A stretch of DNA of 61,664 nt, counting the filler, from Bradymonadales bacterium (GTDB lineage: Bacteria > Bdellovibrionota > UBA2394): the NCBI GenBank assembly GCA_007693605.1. It is 4 parts of 4 records of this genome, joined end to end, with 100 filler letters (N's around TTAATTAATTAA, not from the genome) between each part and the next. Parts side by side here need not be neighbours in the genome. Positions count along the whole stretch, not along the records: positions 1 to 25,016 come from REDG01000077.1; positions 25,117 to 31,006 come from REDG01000007.1; positions 31,107 to 36,978 come from REDG01000006.1; 1 more part is not named here. One strand, written 5' to 3'. The position numbers were made by a program, and so were the translations under genes. The notes beneath the pieces are model-generated. The model searched no databases. It saw nothing but the letters and a program-made list of their open reading frames with translations, and was not told the DNA's origin. Below are positions 22,915 through 32,154 of the stretch, one piece after another. Each line of letters starts with the position of its first letter. Position 1 is the first letter of the stretch.

Positions 22915-24795
22915 TCAGTCGAGATCTCTATCTAATTTAGAAAACTCCTTCAATTCATGAAGGGCTTCGTCGAGCTTTTTGAACTCCTTGAGAAGTAACC
23001 TGTGAATGTCCACACTCTGATCGATGAGCTCTCGAAGCTCTGGATCGTCTCTCATCGCCCCACTCAGCCAACCATCGAAGCCAAAAATTTCCTCCAAATC
23101 AGAATCTCCCCTTAAGCTGCGGCCATCCTGCGCCAAAATTTCTGACCTTCGAGAGTACCACTCGCCGACCTGCCTCTCAGCTTCGCGAACTGCTGGCATC
23201 AATCGAAGTTTTGAGGCTAGAGCCTCCATTTTGCGATGAAGGAGCTCCAAGCGCTTCGGGAAGTTAAACTTAGGATGATGATAGTGGTCCGGATGAAAAT
23301 AAAAGTAGGCCCCAAAAGCCCCTACCATCATCATAATAAAATGCCCTACTCCGTAGTCGAAACTTAAAGGCAGAGCCCCCATCGAAAGCGAAAACCAGGG
23401 GTTGTCATCCAAGACCCCGATTAAATAGCCAATGGTCGCCACACTCGAGCCCACCATCTCCATTCGCGAGCGAGAGGCCCTTGCAAAGTCTTTTCGATCT
23501 TGCAACTCATCCTCTGTCAGATTTCCCCGCTGATAAGCCTCATCAGCTTCGATGTTTCGATTCTGCTCCCATTTATAAGCGGAGTTGCTATAGAAAAATC
23601 GCCAACCCACATTGAAGGCGATTACATTCCAACGAGTCGATGCAAATTCAATCCAGCCGGCGATTGTGGCGACATCTTTCACCAACTCCCACGAGCCTCG
23701 GCCGGCCCAATAAATCGGGACCGTAAAGAAAGTCGAAATGGCGACATTTTTTCCGAGTCGCTCAAAATGTTGATCTTTCGAAGATCTCGAAAACCAGTTC
23801 GAAATCACCACACTGTAAGCGGCCGTCCAAGAACTATTGCCAAAGTTCGCAAGAGCCGAGGGAATGGCAATCACCAGGGGCTTCGCAATGATGAGCGCTC
23901 CAAAGTGAATGGGAGTGTTGATAGCAAGCTTCCAAGCGCCGGCAGATAGTTCATCTCGTGTGGGCTGCTGACCGTCTTGCGGAAGGGGGAAAAAATAGAT
24001 CACTCGTTCGGTCACATACTTCGCCGTATTTTCTGCGCCAACCAAAAGATCGTCGCCATGGCTTTCGAACTTCTCTTTCATGCGAGACAAGGGAGTTTGT
24101 CGATCGGCAGGATTCTCTCGATGCCGAATGGGTGAGATCTCTCGAAGCAGTCGCAAAAGGTCTCGATACTTTTGGCTGCGATCTTTCAGTGGTAAGCGAT
24201 GAACTCGATAAGTTTCGGAAACGAAGTGCGGATCGTTCTGGTAGTTCTCAAAAAATTCTTCGAGACTCTTTTTATCGAGATGTGAAACAAGCTCCCAGCC
24301 GTCTTCTTTGGCACGATAGAGTCCAGGCACCTCGGGTCGGCCGAGGGTCTTAACCTTCAGTCTAAAATCTTCGAGTTCTTCTTCGACAATCTCTTTCACG
24401 AGCTTCTTCAGTTCCGCTCTCTTTTTCCCAATCAGCGGGAGGCCTACCAAATTGATCGTCTTTCGATTGATAAAGGGCCTGGCACGCCCCTCTCGTAAGG
24501 CCTCTTTTAGGGCCTCTGAATCTCGAATCAATTTGCCGGTCTTGCGATCCTTGAAAGCGAGATTGGGCGCCAATTCCTGCTTGGCACGATCACTTCTGAG
24601 ATAGTCTTCAATGTCTTTGGGATCGAGACTTGCCCGCTGAATCCCTTCAGAAGAGCGGGCCACCGAGCTGATTAGTAAACCGCAAGCCTTCGGATTTCGT
24701 AGCCCAATTGATTTTGACTCACTGGCTGCTGAAAGCGTGTGCGTCTGTAGTGCTAAACAAACTGTGAGAACGGCCCAGCAAAAAAAAGATCTCAT
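22915..24795 (-). CDS. Hypothetical exported/membrane protein, 626 aa
   Basis: Long ORF, Sec-like signal peptide, charged N-half, several hydrophobic segments in the C-half; no family recognised. Confidence 0.8.
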   Translation of the reverse strand: MRSFFCWAVLTVCLALQTHTLSAASESKSIGLRNPKACGLLISSVARSSEGIQRASLDPKDIEDYLRSDRAKQELAPNLAFKDRKTGKLIRDSEALKEALREGRARPFINRKTINLVGLPLIGKKRAELKKLVKEIVEEELEDFRLKVKTLGRPEVPGLYRAKEDGWELVSHLDKKSLEEFFENYQNDPHFVSETYRVHRLPLKDRSQKYRDLLRLLREISPIRHRENPADRQTPLSRMKEKFESHGDDLLVGAENTAKYVTERVIYFFPLPQDGQQPTRDELSAGAWKLAINTPIHFGALIIAKPLVIAIPSALANFGNSSWTAAYSVVISNWFSRSSKDQHFERLGKNVAISTFFTVPIYWAGRGSWELVKDVATIAGWIEFASTRWNVIAFNVGWRFFYSNSAYKWEQNRNIEADEAYQRGNLTEDELQDRKDFARASRSRMEMVGSSVATIGYLIGVLDDNPWFSLSMGALPLSFDYGVGHFIMMMVGAFGAYFYFHPDHYHHPKFNFPKRLELLHRKMEALASKLRLMPAVREAERQVGEWYSRRSEILAQDGRSLRGDSDLEEIFGFDGWLSGAMRDDPELRELIDQSVDIHRLLLKEFKKLDEALHELKEFSKLDRDLD

Positions 24796-24883
24796 CCCCT
24801 GATTTCCCCCACTCGACTGACTTCAAGAATGCCAAGTCAGAATCAGCGGAAGCAATCTCTTTTGCGCGAAGCGCCACAAATTA

Positions 24884-24926
24884 ACAAAGCCCCAACATAA
24901 TGCGTCGCGTTATGTTGGGGCTTTGT
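24884..24926. terminator. Perfect 17-bp inverted repeat, terminator-like
   Basis: ACAAAGCCCCAACATAA-N9-TTATGTTGGGGCTTTGT with A/T-rich flanks. Confidence 0.65.
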
Positions 24927-24963
24927 ATTTAAAAAGAACAAATGTGTGCTTGGTTCAATACGG

Positions 24964-25016
24964 TGGGCTAGTTAGCTAACGCGTTGACATTGGAACACTG
25001 CGTGAGAAGCAGAAGG
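24964..25016 (+). mobile_element. IS-like terminus (end A, copy 1) at contig end
   Basis: 53 nt identical to 30952-31004; first 26 nt match the reverse complement of 25161-25186 at 20/26. Confidence 0.7.
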
Positions 25017-25116
25017 NNNNNNNNNNNNNNNNNNNNNNNNNNNNNNNNNNNNNNNNNNNNTTAATTAATTAANNNNNNNNNNNNNNNNNNNNNNNNNNNN
25101 NNNNNNNNNNNNNNNN
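25017..25116. other. Artificial contig linker
   Basis: 44 N + TTAATTAATTAA (stops in all six frames) + 44 N. Confidence 0.98.
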
Positions 25117-25186
25117 TGCGTAAAAATCGTAGACAAATACGCCACTGACCAAGCGCGTCTTGTCAACGCTTACCCTAACTACCGCA
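25117..25186 (+). mobile_element. IS-like terminus (end B) at contig start
   Basis: TGTCAACGCTTACCCTAACTACCGCA is an imperfect inverted copy of TGGGCTAGTTAGCTAACGCGTTGACA. Confidence 0.6.
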
Positions 25187-25305
25187 CTCAAGGCAATGCC
25201 CTGTTCGTGAACAACTCTCTTTTAAATGAGAAGTGAGCTCTTTGTGTTTTTCGTCAAACAAAACCCTTGCCCCCAATGATGGGGTAGACTCAGGCCGAAG
25301 AGTCG

Positions 25306-25884
25306 CTAGTTCTGACTTTCGGTCAACTTCGCCTCACCAATTGAACTTTGGACTTTATCAATCGTTTCTTCATCAGGCACCGACTTTACTCTACCCAGTT
25401 GTACAGCCCAGTATGCCTTTTCCGAGCAGGTCATCCAGTTAACGGCATGCCAGTCTCTAGCGGATTCGTGCCATCTGGTCCATTGCCGAGTTCCCAGCTC
25501 AATCTCTACGGTATTCGATATGTACCCCTTTCCCAGCCCTTCAAGATGGCTACGCAATTTCTCAAGGCGGGCACAATACAAAGGACTGGCTCCGCCAGAA
25601 AAACCTAAGATCTGGGCTTGATTGCCAAAATAGAATCCTTCGTCTACTGGACCACTCAGCTCAAACACTTCTTTCCATTTCGGCTGGAATCTTTCTAGAA
25701 GCTCTCTGTTTTCGAACATGGGAATAAACCCCTCAGGCAGAACTACCGACCAGAATTCTGACTCGTATCGATCGTGTTGAACAAGCTGCGACTCAAACTG
25801 CCGTATGTGATACCAGCCAAAAGAGAGAGCAAAAACTACACCCAAGACTAAAAGGCCGCCCAACGACAAAAGAAGCTTTTTCAT
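25306..25884 (-). CDS. Hypothetical protein with N-terminal signal/anchor
   Basis: MKKLLLSLGGLLVLGVVFAL leader; about 190 aa; extended -10-like TGgTAGAAT 6 nt before the ATG. Confidence 0.75.
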   Translation of the reverse strand: MKKLLLSLGGLLVLGVVFALSFGWYHIRQFESQLVQHDRYESEFWSVVLPEGFIPMFENRELLERFQPKWKEVFELSGPVDEGFYFGNQAQILGFSGGASPLYCARLEKLRSHLEGLGKGYISNTVEIELGTRQWTRWHESARDWHAVNWMTCSEKAYWAVQLGRVKSVPDEETIDKVQSSIGEAKLTESQN

Positions 25885-26003
25885 CAATCTATTCTACCAT
25901 GTGTGCATAAAACTACTGAACCCAGTGAAGCTCAAGAGTCAAAACCTAAGTTCTTACAAGCCCTTAAACTTCAATGGATAGCTTTGGTCTGTGCAGCGTT
26001 CCA

Positions 26004-26222
26004 CTATCGATCCCGTGCTTCTGGGCAGGGAAAGAACTCGCAGTTTTTGGAGGGGTCACGACTAACAAAACTTCCGTCAGGACATTCCTTTACATCCATA
26101 GTGCAGAACACGACTTCATCCTCTGACTCCGTCTCTTCTTGATTCTTAATCAGACTCATGGCTGTCAGAGTCAAGCCGAACAAAAGTAAAAACCAGAATC
26201 CAAATTTTCCATCTATCCTCAT
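26004..26222 (-). CDS. Small exported 4-Cys protein (CTxDxKxCPDGS motif)
   Basis: Hydrophobic N-terminus then CTMDVKECPDGSFVSRDPSKNCEFFPCP; ATGA overlap with upstream gene. Confidence 0.8.
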   Translation of the reverse strand: MRIDGKFGFWFLLLFGLTLTAMSLIKNQEETESEDEVVFCTMDVKECPDGSFVSRDPSKNCEFFPCPEARDR

Positions 26223-26938
26223 GAGTCCACCTTTGTTTGTTCTTCAAATCTCATTAAAGTCGCAACTTGTAGAATAGGCAATGTGAGCAATCCGACAAGG
26301 GGGATGCTCGACAGCAAACTCGGCAAAAGCCCTGTGCCCATACAGAATGTCCAGTCTGCCTGGCTCGATACTTTCTTGAATCGAAAAAGATCTCTGACGC
26401 TCCACAACCAATCCTTTCCCAGAGCGTAAGCAGCAAACAGGGGGCTAATCAAAAAAAGAGGCGGGATGACTGCCAGGATGGCTCCGATCGCAATCACAAA
26501 AATTAAAAGAATCCCTCGCCACAAGCTCAAGACAATCGTTTGAAAGAGAGGAGGTTCCTGAATTGGTGGAAGCTCTAAGTCAAAGTCCTGCTGCATTTTC
26601 TGCCAGGGAGTCACCTGAGACAGATAGAGCCCAACAATCAGAAGAGTGATTGGGCCGGTAAAGAAATAAGAGACAAAAAGCCAAATCAAAACCAAACCGA
26701 CGCCAGTCATGCCCTCCACCCACATCCAAGGAATCCAATTCTGAAATTCTTTAAACAGAAACCACAGAAGAATTCCGAAAAGAACACAGGTCAAAGCCCA
26801 AAAGATCAGACCGAAGACGAGGGAACGGAGGACCTGAGCCATATACAAGCCTCGAGCCTTCCGATCAGAAAAAATTTTAGCGGCCGCCCTAAAGAAAAGT
26901 GCGAGCCCTCGATAAAAACCAGGATTCTCCAAATTCAT
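26219..26938 (-). CDS. Integral membrane protein, possibly EI24/CysZ-like
   Basis: 4-5 hydrophobic segments, C-terminal [15 protein letters not shown] overlaps on both sides. Confidence 0.65.
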   Translation of the reverse strand: MNLENPGFYRGLALFFRAAAKIFSDRKARGLYMAQVLRSLVFGLIFWALTCVLFGILLWFLFKEFQNWIPWMWVEGMTGVGLVLIWLFVSYFFTGPITLLIVGLYLSQVTPWQKMQQDFDLELPPIQEPPLFQTIVLSLWRGILLIFVIAIGAILAVIPPLFLISPLFAAYALGKDWLWSVRDLFRFKKVSSQADWTFCMGTGLLPSLLSSIPLVGLLTLPILQVATLMRFEEQTKVDS

Positions 26939-27354
26939 TCTCCGATGATCTTTACCAGCACGCGCTTCTTCCGCTTTCCATCAAACTCCCCATAAAATAT
27001 CTGTTCCCAGGTGCCGAAATCTAGTCGACCTGCCGTGACGGCAACGACCACCTCTCTGCCCATGATTTGTCTTTTGATATGGGCATCAGCGTTGTCTTCT
27101 CCGGTATCGTTGTGACGATATTGTTCAGTGGGAGCATGAGGCACCATTTCTTCAAGCCATCGTTGATAGTCATGATGCAGGCCTGCCTCATCATCGTTAA
27201 TGAAAACCGAACTGGTAATATGCATTGGGTTGACGAGGCAAAGGCCTTCCTGGATTCCACTCTCTTTTAAACAGGCCTCGACTTCAGAGGTAATATTCAC
27301 AAAGGCCATTCTCTCTGGAATTTGAAAATTCAGCTCCTTTCGAAAGGACTTCAT
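26935..27354 (-). CDS. yjbQ: YjbQ / UPF0047 family protein
   Basis: [44 protein letters not shown]. Confidence 0.93.
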   Translation of the reverse strand: MKSFRKELNFQIPERMAFVNITSEVEACLKESGIQEGLCLVNPMHITSSVFINDDEAGLHHDYQRWLEEMVPHAPTEQYRHNDTGEDNADAHIKRQIMGREVVVAVTAGRLDFGTWEQIFYGEFDGKRKKRVLVKIIGE

Positions 27355-27894
27355 AAATCATGCCTTAGCAAAGCCGTGCGGGGGATCCTAGAACCAAAGA
27401 TAGGATTCGGTGGGTAGGCCAGCCCCCAAAAAAGGAGTCTCAGCGCTTTTCGTTTGAATTGCCCTAAAGGCTTTGGTAGAGCTGAACCAGATCGTTGAAA
27501 GTTTGTTGTTTATGATTGCATGCGGGATTGGCGGAATTGGTCGAGCCCATGGCGAGCCTACCTATAAAGGGGCGTCTGCCAATTTCGCCAGCTGCTGGAA
27601 CATGGAAAGGCTAAAAGAACTAGGGCTATTTACAACTTCTCCATCAAGGCGTGGGGTACCAACGCAATTACGAAGCGATACGGATCAGATTCAAGTACTG
27701 ATCGCCGTCTAGGCAGGCCACGCTAGATTGGCTCAGATTTCATCGGGAAAAGTGCGTGAGTGGACGTGAATGCCCCAATAACCACTTCTAATCCCGCAGA
27801 ACCTCCATATTCGGCACTTCCGGGGCCACAGCCTTAGCACTTAAGTTGCAGGAGTTAATAAAGAACTGCCTAAAGCTGAGGAGGCTTTTAAAAA

Positions 27895-30375
27895 ATGTGG
27901 CGATGTGCTGACAAATTTGCCAGTGGCTTGTGGCGAACTTGGCTTGGGTTTGGCCTCCTTGTCGTGCTTTGCGCCTCGTCGTTGGTGGCTGGCAATCGCA
28001 CTACTCTGAATGATGTCGAGGCTCATATCCAGCAATACTCGAGCTTAGAAGCACTCCTTGCAGACCAAGACGGGCTTCGCCAATACCGAGACTTGTTGAA
28101 GTCCTATATGGGCTATAACCACGGATTCGACCCGATTTTTGAAGCAACTGTCGAGCAGATGAGAGTTCTTGTGCGCGAGCTTCCTGGTTTTTCTGAAAGA
28201 CTATGGGAGCTAAGGCCCGACGAAAGAATCCAGATTGAAGGGGCACGAACTCAGCGCTCTGGGATTGAGGTGAATGCCGCGCTGTCCCTGCAAGCACTTG
28301 AAAATGCCCGCACGGCGTATCGAGAGAGAGCAGGGGGCCTTCTTAATCTCTCAGAAGAAACACGACCCGCAGAACTCCGAAGGCTTGAAGCCCAGCTTGT
28401 GAGAGAGTTGACTGAGCTTTCGGCAGAGTATCCGGCCTTGGCCACAAAGCCGGAGCTCACTCGGTCTGAAAACCGACAGTTAAATCGTGATCAAAGTCTT
28501 CGCGAGAAATGTCAGGAGTATTTTCGTCGGAAGAGAGAGCTTTTAGAATCAAATGCGTTTTTAAGTTATCTTCGTTATCAGCTAAGTGGAGAAGAGATAT
28601 GGCTCGATATTTATCGCCAGCCCTTTGCGGAATCGACTTTGGAAGCTATCACAACTTTATCTCGCCTCGATGGCCAAGCCGCCCAATGGACAGAGACTGA
28701 GCTCGGACACCTCAATACAGAAGTCCGGGAAGCTCTTGCGAAACATTCGGAGTCGTGGCTCCAACAAGCCCGAGATCAATTTGAAGCCATGCAAAAAGCA
28801 AAGAAAGAGCTCAATGCTTTGGTAACCCCTCGAGAGCCAGCAGAGCTCCAGGCAGAGCTTGCACAGATTGAACAGCAAAACCCAGGCATAACTCCCGAGG
28901 AAGTAAGAAACAAACTTAGTGAAGAGGGTCGCCGACGTCTCAATGAATTTAAAGAGAACCGCGAGGCTATCTATGACCAAAAGCACACCATCATTCAGAA
29001 TGCGCAAGCCGATGGCTTTTTCATTCTGCCTGTAGTGGATGAGCGCAATCAGTTGAGTTTAGAAGTTCGCAGACAAACATCGGCTGCATTTGTTCTAGAG
29101 CCGATGAGGGGGCTTCACTCCGCCTTTGGCGGATACTTAACCAAAGAATGTGTTGGCGGAGCTTGTGTTGAGCAGTTGAATCCCAGGCGTTGGGCGCTTG
29201 CTGCCCTAGAAGGAGTGCGCGTCTTTGCAGCAGAAAAGGGGGGAGAGTTTGACGGAGTTTTGAGGCTTGCGCCTGTAGTTGTGACCACGCAAAACGAAGC
29301 TTCAGGTGATAATGTCCAGATTTATGCATCGGTTGACATGATGATTCGAAGCATTTCTGACACCATTGAGATCCGATCGGAGGTGACAGGGGAAGTGGCA
29401 AAGTATCCCCTCTTTGACGCCATTTTGGATCGTCTTCCAGTGTCTTCGCAAGGCTTTATCGCCGGAGACGGCCGTGCCATCAGTCAAAATACAGGACTCT
29501 CAATGGTCTATCAAAACTCCCCCAGTGTCATTCAGTCTCAAGTGATCAAAAATTACAGCCTTGATGTTACCGATGGAAAGATGCAAAGAGCGATTAACCA
29601 ACATTTCCCTGCAACTCCTTATGGTTATAATCCAGGTGGAATGATCTATGAAGGAATGCCTGGCGATGGAGAAGAGCGATTCGTTTTAACTCCGAGATCC
29701 CAACGCCCGCGCCTCACTCAAGAAGATCTAGAAGTCATGATTCTAAAAGATGTGATCTTGGGAAAAAAGCCTCTTGAAAGCCCGGCTTGGTCACTTGCGG
29801 TGGAAAATGATGTCCGCCTTCCCAAAAGACCTGAGCACTACACAATCTTCGAAAGCCCCTATACTGGGCAGGCCATTCAGGAGTTGCTTCAATCAGGAGA
29901 TTTTGCTGCGCTTAGCGCGCTTGCACAGATGTTTCATGAGAATCCGCGACTTGCCGAGAATCCTCAACTACAGGCTCAACTCATACCTGTCATTCGGTCA
30001 GGATACGACCTTGCCCTCAATGGCATCGCAGGGATGTTCAAAGACAACCCCGAAATGGCCAAAACATTTTGGCAAAGCCTCGTGGCTCGGCAAGACGAGT
30101 CAATGGTTCGGGAAACGCTAGTCCAAATGTTTCGAAACCGGCGACTGAGAGAGATCTTCCTTCCGCTTTTGGAGAGGACCCCTGAGGCCGAAGTCTCCAA
30201 TCAGCTTCGCCGGTTGGCTAGAGAGCAAGGCCACCGAGTGGCTCGACGAGCTCTTGTCGAGCAAATGACTTCTCCTGCAGATTCCTCTAACCCAAGACCT
30301 GCGAGCAGTAACTCGCCAAACAAGACTTGTGCAGGCATTCTCCAGCTCCTGCATCTGCAACAAATTGCGCGCTGA
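27895..30375 (+). CDS. Hypothetical secreted protein, 826 aa
   Basis: Long ORF with GAGGAGG SD, signal-like N-terminus, helical N-half, central alpha/beta domain, C-terminal helical repeats. Confidence 0.82.
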   Translation: MWRCADKFASGLWRTWLGFGLLVVLCASSLVAGNRTTLNDVEAHIQQYSSLEALLADQDGLRQYRDLLKSYMGYNHGFDPIFEATVEQMRVLVRELPGFSERLWELRPDERIQIEGARTQRSGIEVNAALSLQALENARTAYRERAGGLLNLSEETRPAELRRLEAQLVRELTELSAEYPALATKPELTRSENRQLNRDQSLREKCQEYFRRKRELLESNAFLSYLRYQLSGEEIWLDIYRQPFAESTLEAITTLSRLDGQAAQWTETELGHLNTEVREALAKHSESWLQQARDQFEAMQKAKKELNALVTPREPAELQAELAQIEQQNPGITPEEVRNKLSEEGRRRLNEFKENREAIYDQKHTIIQNAQADGFFILPVVDERNQLSLEVRRQTSAAFVLEPMRGLHSAFGGYLTKECVGGACVEQLNPRRWALAALEGVRVFAAEKGGEFDGVLRLAPVVVTTQNEASGDNVQIYASVDMMIRSISDTIEIRSEVTGEVAKYPLFDAILDRLPVSSQGFIAGDGRAISQNTGLSMVYQNSPSVIQSQVIKNYSLDVTDGKMQRAINQHFPATPYGYNPGGMIYEGMPGDGEERFVLTPRSQRPRLTQEDLEVMILKDVILGKKPLESPAWSLAVENDVRLPKRPEHYTIFESPYTGQAIQELLQSGDFAALSALAQMFHENPRLAENPQLQAQLIPVIRSGYDLALNGIAGMFKDNPEMAKTFWQSLVARQDESMVRETLVQMFRNRRLREIFLPLLERTPEAEVSNQLRRLAREQGHRVARRALVEQMTSPADSSNPRPASSNSPNKTCAGILQLLHLQQIAR

Positions 30376-30442
30376 GATGTCGCTGATTCAAGAGCCAGGA
30401 AGTCGTCCTTTTCCCAGAGAAACAACCTTGATTAGAAAATGA

Positions 30443-30465
30443 GATTAGATATCTAATATCTAATC
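30443..30465. promoter_or_regulatory. AT-rich palindromic operator-like site
   Basis: GATTAGATA-N5-TATCTAATC, containing the perfect palindrome ATTAGATATCTAAT (30444-30457). Confidence 0.35.
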
Positions 30466-30720
30466 AACTTTTCCCCGAACCCCTTGTCCCCCGAAGACAC
30501 AAGTCAAAATAGATTCAAAATCTTAGTTGGTCTTTCGCCCGCTCCACGAGTTTGGCATGGAACCTGAGTGGGCTAGCAGGCCGAAAGGAGGGAATGTGCA
30601 GGAAAGTAAACCAAGGATAATGAAGAAGCGCCAGGTGGGCGGACCAGTACCTGAGCAAGTAGTGAGCCAGTATCAAAAATATTTATATTCCCCAACTACT
30701 CGTGATGACTTGATTATTTC

Positions 30721-30951
30721 TGCTCTTCGAGCGAACTCCTCTTGCAGAAGGACTGTATCGATTTCATTTCGGGGGCCATCTATATTCGCCGGATGTATTG
30801 CAAGGCCGCAAAGCAAGTGATGGCCAATACAAAAGGCGGACGAATGCGAGTGCTGGGGATGAGTAAGAGTTTACGGAACTCATTGGCGGAGCATATTAAG
30901 AGTCACCCGTTTAACCTAGTCTTCTGCGATGAAAGTGGAAATATTCTTAGT
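30721..30951 (+). pseudogene. Tyrosine recombinase/integrase internal fragment cut by an IS end
   Basis: SSELLLQKDCIDF..GAIYIRR...TKGGRMR...MSKSL...LVFCDESG resembles the region between box I and HxxR; catalytic Arg context absent, in-frame stop at 30706, no HxxR/Tyr. Confidence 0.65.
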
Positions 30952-31006
30952 TGGGCTAGTTAGCTAACGCGTTGACATTGGAACACTGCGTGAGAAGCAG
31001 AAGGTC
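30952..31006 (+). mobile_element. IS-like terminus (end A, copy 2) at contig end
   Basis: Identical to 24964-25016 with a different upstream flank. Confidence 0.7.
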
Positions 31007-31106
31007 NNNNNNNNNNNNNNNNNNNNNNNNNNNNNNNNNNNNNNNNNNNNTTAATTAATTAANNNNNNNNNNNNNNNNNNNNNNNNNNNNNNNNNNNNNN
31101 NNNNNN
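31007..31106. other. Artificial contig linker
   Basis: 44 N + TTAATTAATTAA + 44 N. Confidence 0.98.
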
Positions 31107-31244
31107 CATCGCCTCAAACTGGCCTCAGCACAACACGGAAACAATTTACCGGTTGGACCACAAACCTTCGCGCATCTGGACCCTTATCGCCACTCCCGAA
31201 CCGAGAGTTTCCAGTCACCTGTAGTGGGCCTTTTGCGGCACTCC

Positions 31245-31919
31245 CTACAGGTGACTTCTCAGATGTTTGAGACTCAGCTCCCAAGCTTGTTTCGCTGAAT
31301 CGGCAGAATAGACTTCAGGTCTGGAGTCATTAAAGAAGGCGTGATCCGCATCAAAGAAATGAAAATCGACCTGAGAGTTGTGAGCCTTCAATGCCTTTTC
31401 AAGCTCTTTGGCTTTCTCAAGGGGCACAAACTCATCGCGCTTCGCAAAGATTCCGAGTACGGGCGCTTTGATCTTCTCAAAATTCAATTTTACATTCGGA
31501 TGAATCCCGTAGAAGTCGACAACGGCTCCAATCTGATCCGAAACACTCGCGCCGAGAAGTGCCAGCTGGCCGCCCATACAAAAACCCAAAGCCCCCACCT
31601 TCTTTGAAGTCACCGCTTCATGCTCAGCCAAAAAATGAGCGGCTGAGGCCAATTCTTTAGCTGTGTCTTCAATTTTAAGGCTCATCATCAACCGACCCGC
31701 ATCGTCCGGCCCTTCGGCGCAGGCGCCCTGATAAAGATCAGGCGCCATCGCGACAAAGCCTTCTTTCGAGAATCGCTCACAAACATCTTTGATATGATCG
31801 ACCAAGCCCCACCACTCTTGGAGAACAATCAACCCTGCACCCTTAGATGCACTCGGAACAGACAAATAAGCTTTGCCCTTGCGGCCATTCACGGGAAATT
31901 CGATCAAACCAGACTGCAT
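31245..31919 (-). CDS. Dienelactone hydrolase family protein
   Basis: QEWWGL, APDLY, GFCMGG nucleophile elbow, FYG, D..V, HAFFND. Confidence 0.94.
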   Translation of the reverse strand: MQSGLIEFPVNGRKGKAYLSVPSASKGAGLIVLQEWWGLVDHIKDVCERFSKEGFVAMAPDLYQGACAEGPDDAGRLMMSLKIEDTAKELASAAHFLAEHEAVTSKKVGALGFCMGGQLALLGASVSDQIGAVVDFYGIHPNVKLNFEKIKAPVLGIFAKRDEFVPLEKAKELEKALKAHNSQVDFHFFDADHAFFNDSRPEVYSADSAKQAWELSLKHLRSHL

Positions 31920-32154
31920 AAGCTCCTCCTTCTTTGCGTGGATTTACCCGAAAAAACTAACTCAAAGCCATACAAAGACTCAAGGGGCTTAAGGCCTCAT
32001 CGACACAGAATTTAAGGAGGAATAATCAAGCTCTCAGCTGATCTCCCCGAAAAACGAACAGAAGTAAGCCATGAATCTGTTGGATGGAAACTCGAATCAC
32101 CCCGGGCAAAGAAATTTTAATTGACATGTGCTGAGATCTGAACAGCTATGACTT

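Noticed and set aside
24890..24920. dif-like site (AACATAA...TTATGTT)
   Set aside because: Central spacer is 9 bp rather than 6, and the outer arms do not match XerC/XerD sites
24971..24980. Integron attC-like GTTAGC/GCTAAC cores
   Set aside because: No attC spacing or cassette array; better explained as part of an IS terminal repeat
25061..25072. TTAATTAATTAA repeated three times in the window
   Set aside because: Artificial six-frame-stop linker inside N runs
27473..27712. 79-aa + strand ORF
   Set aside because: TTG start, no clear SD and no recognisable motif
27834..27850. Sigma54-like TTAGCAC-N5-TTGCA upstream of the 826-aa gene
   Set aside because: The near-invariant -24 GG is AG here; suggestive only
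31108..31224. Possible 3' end of a + strand gene at the contig start
   Set aside because: Only 38 codons, with no identifiable motif
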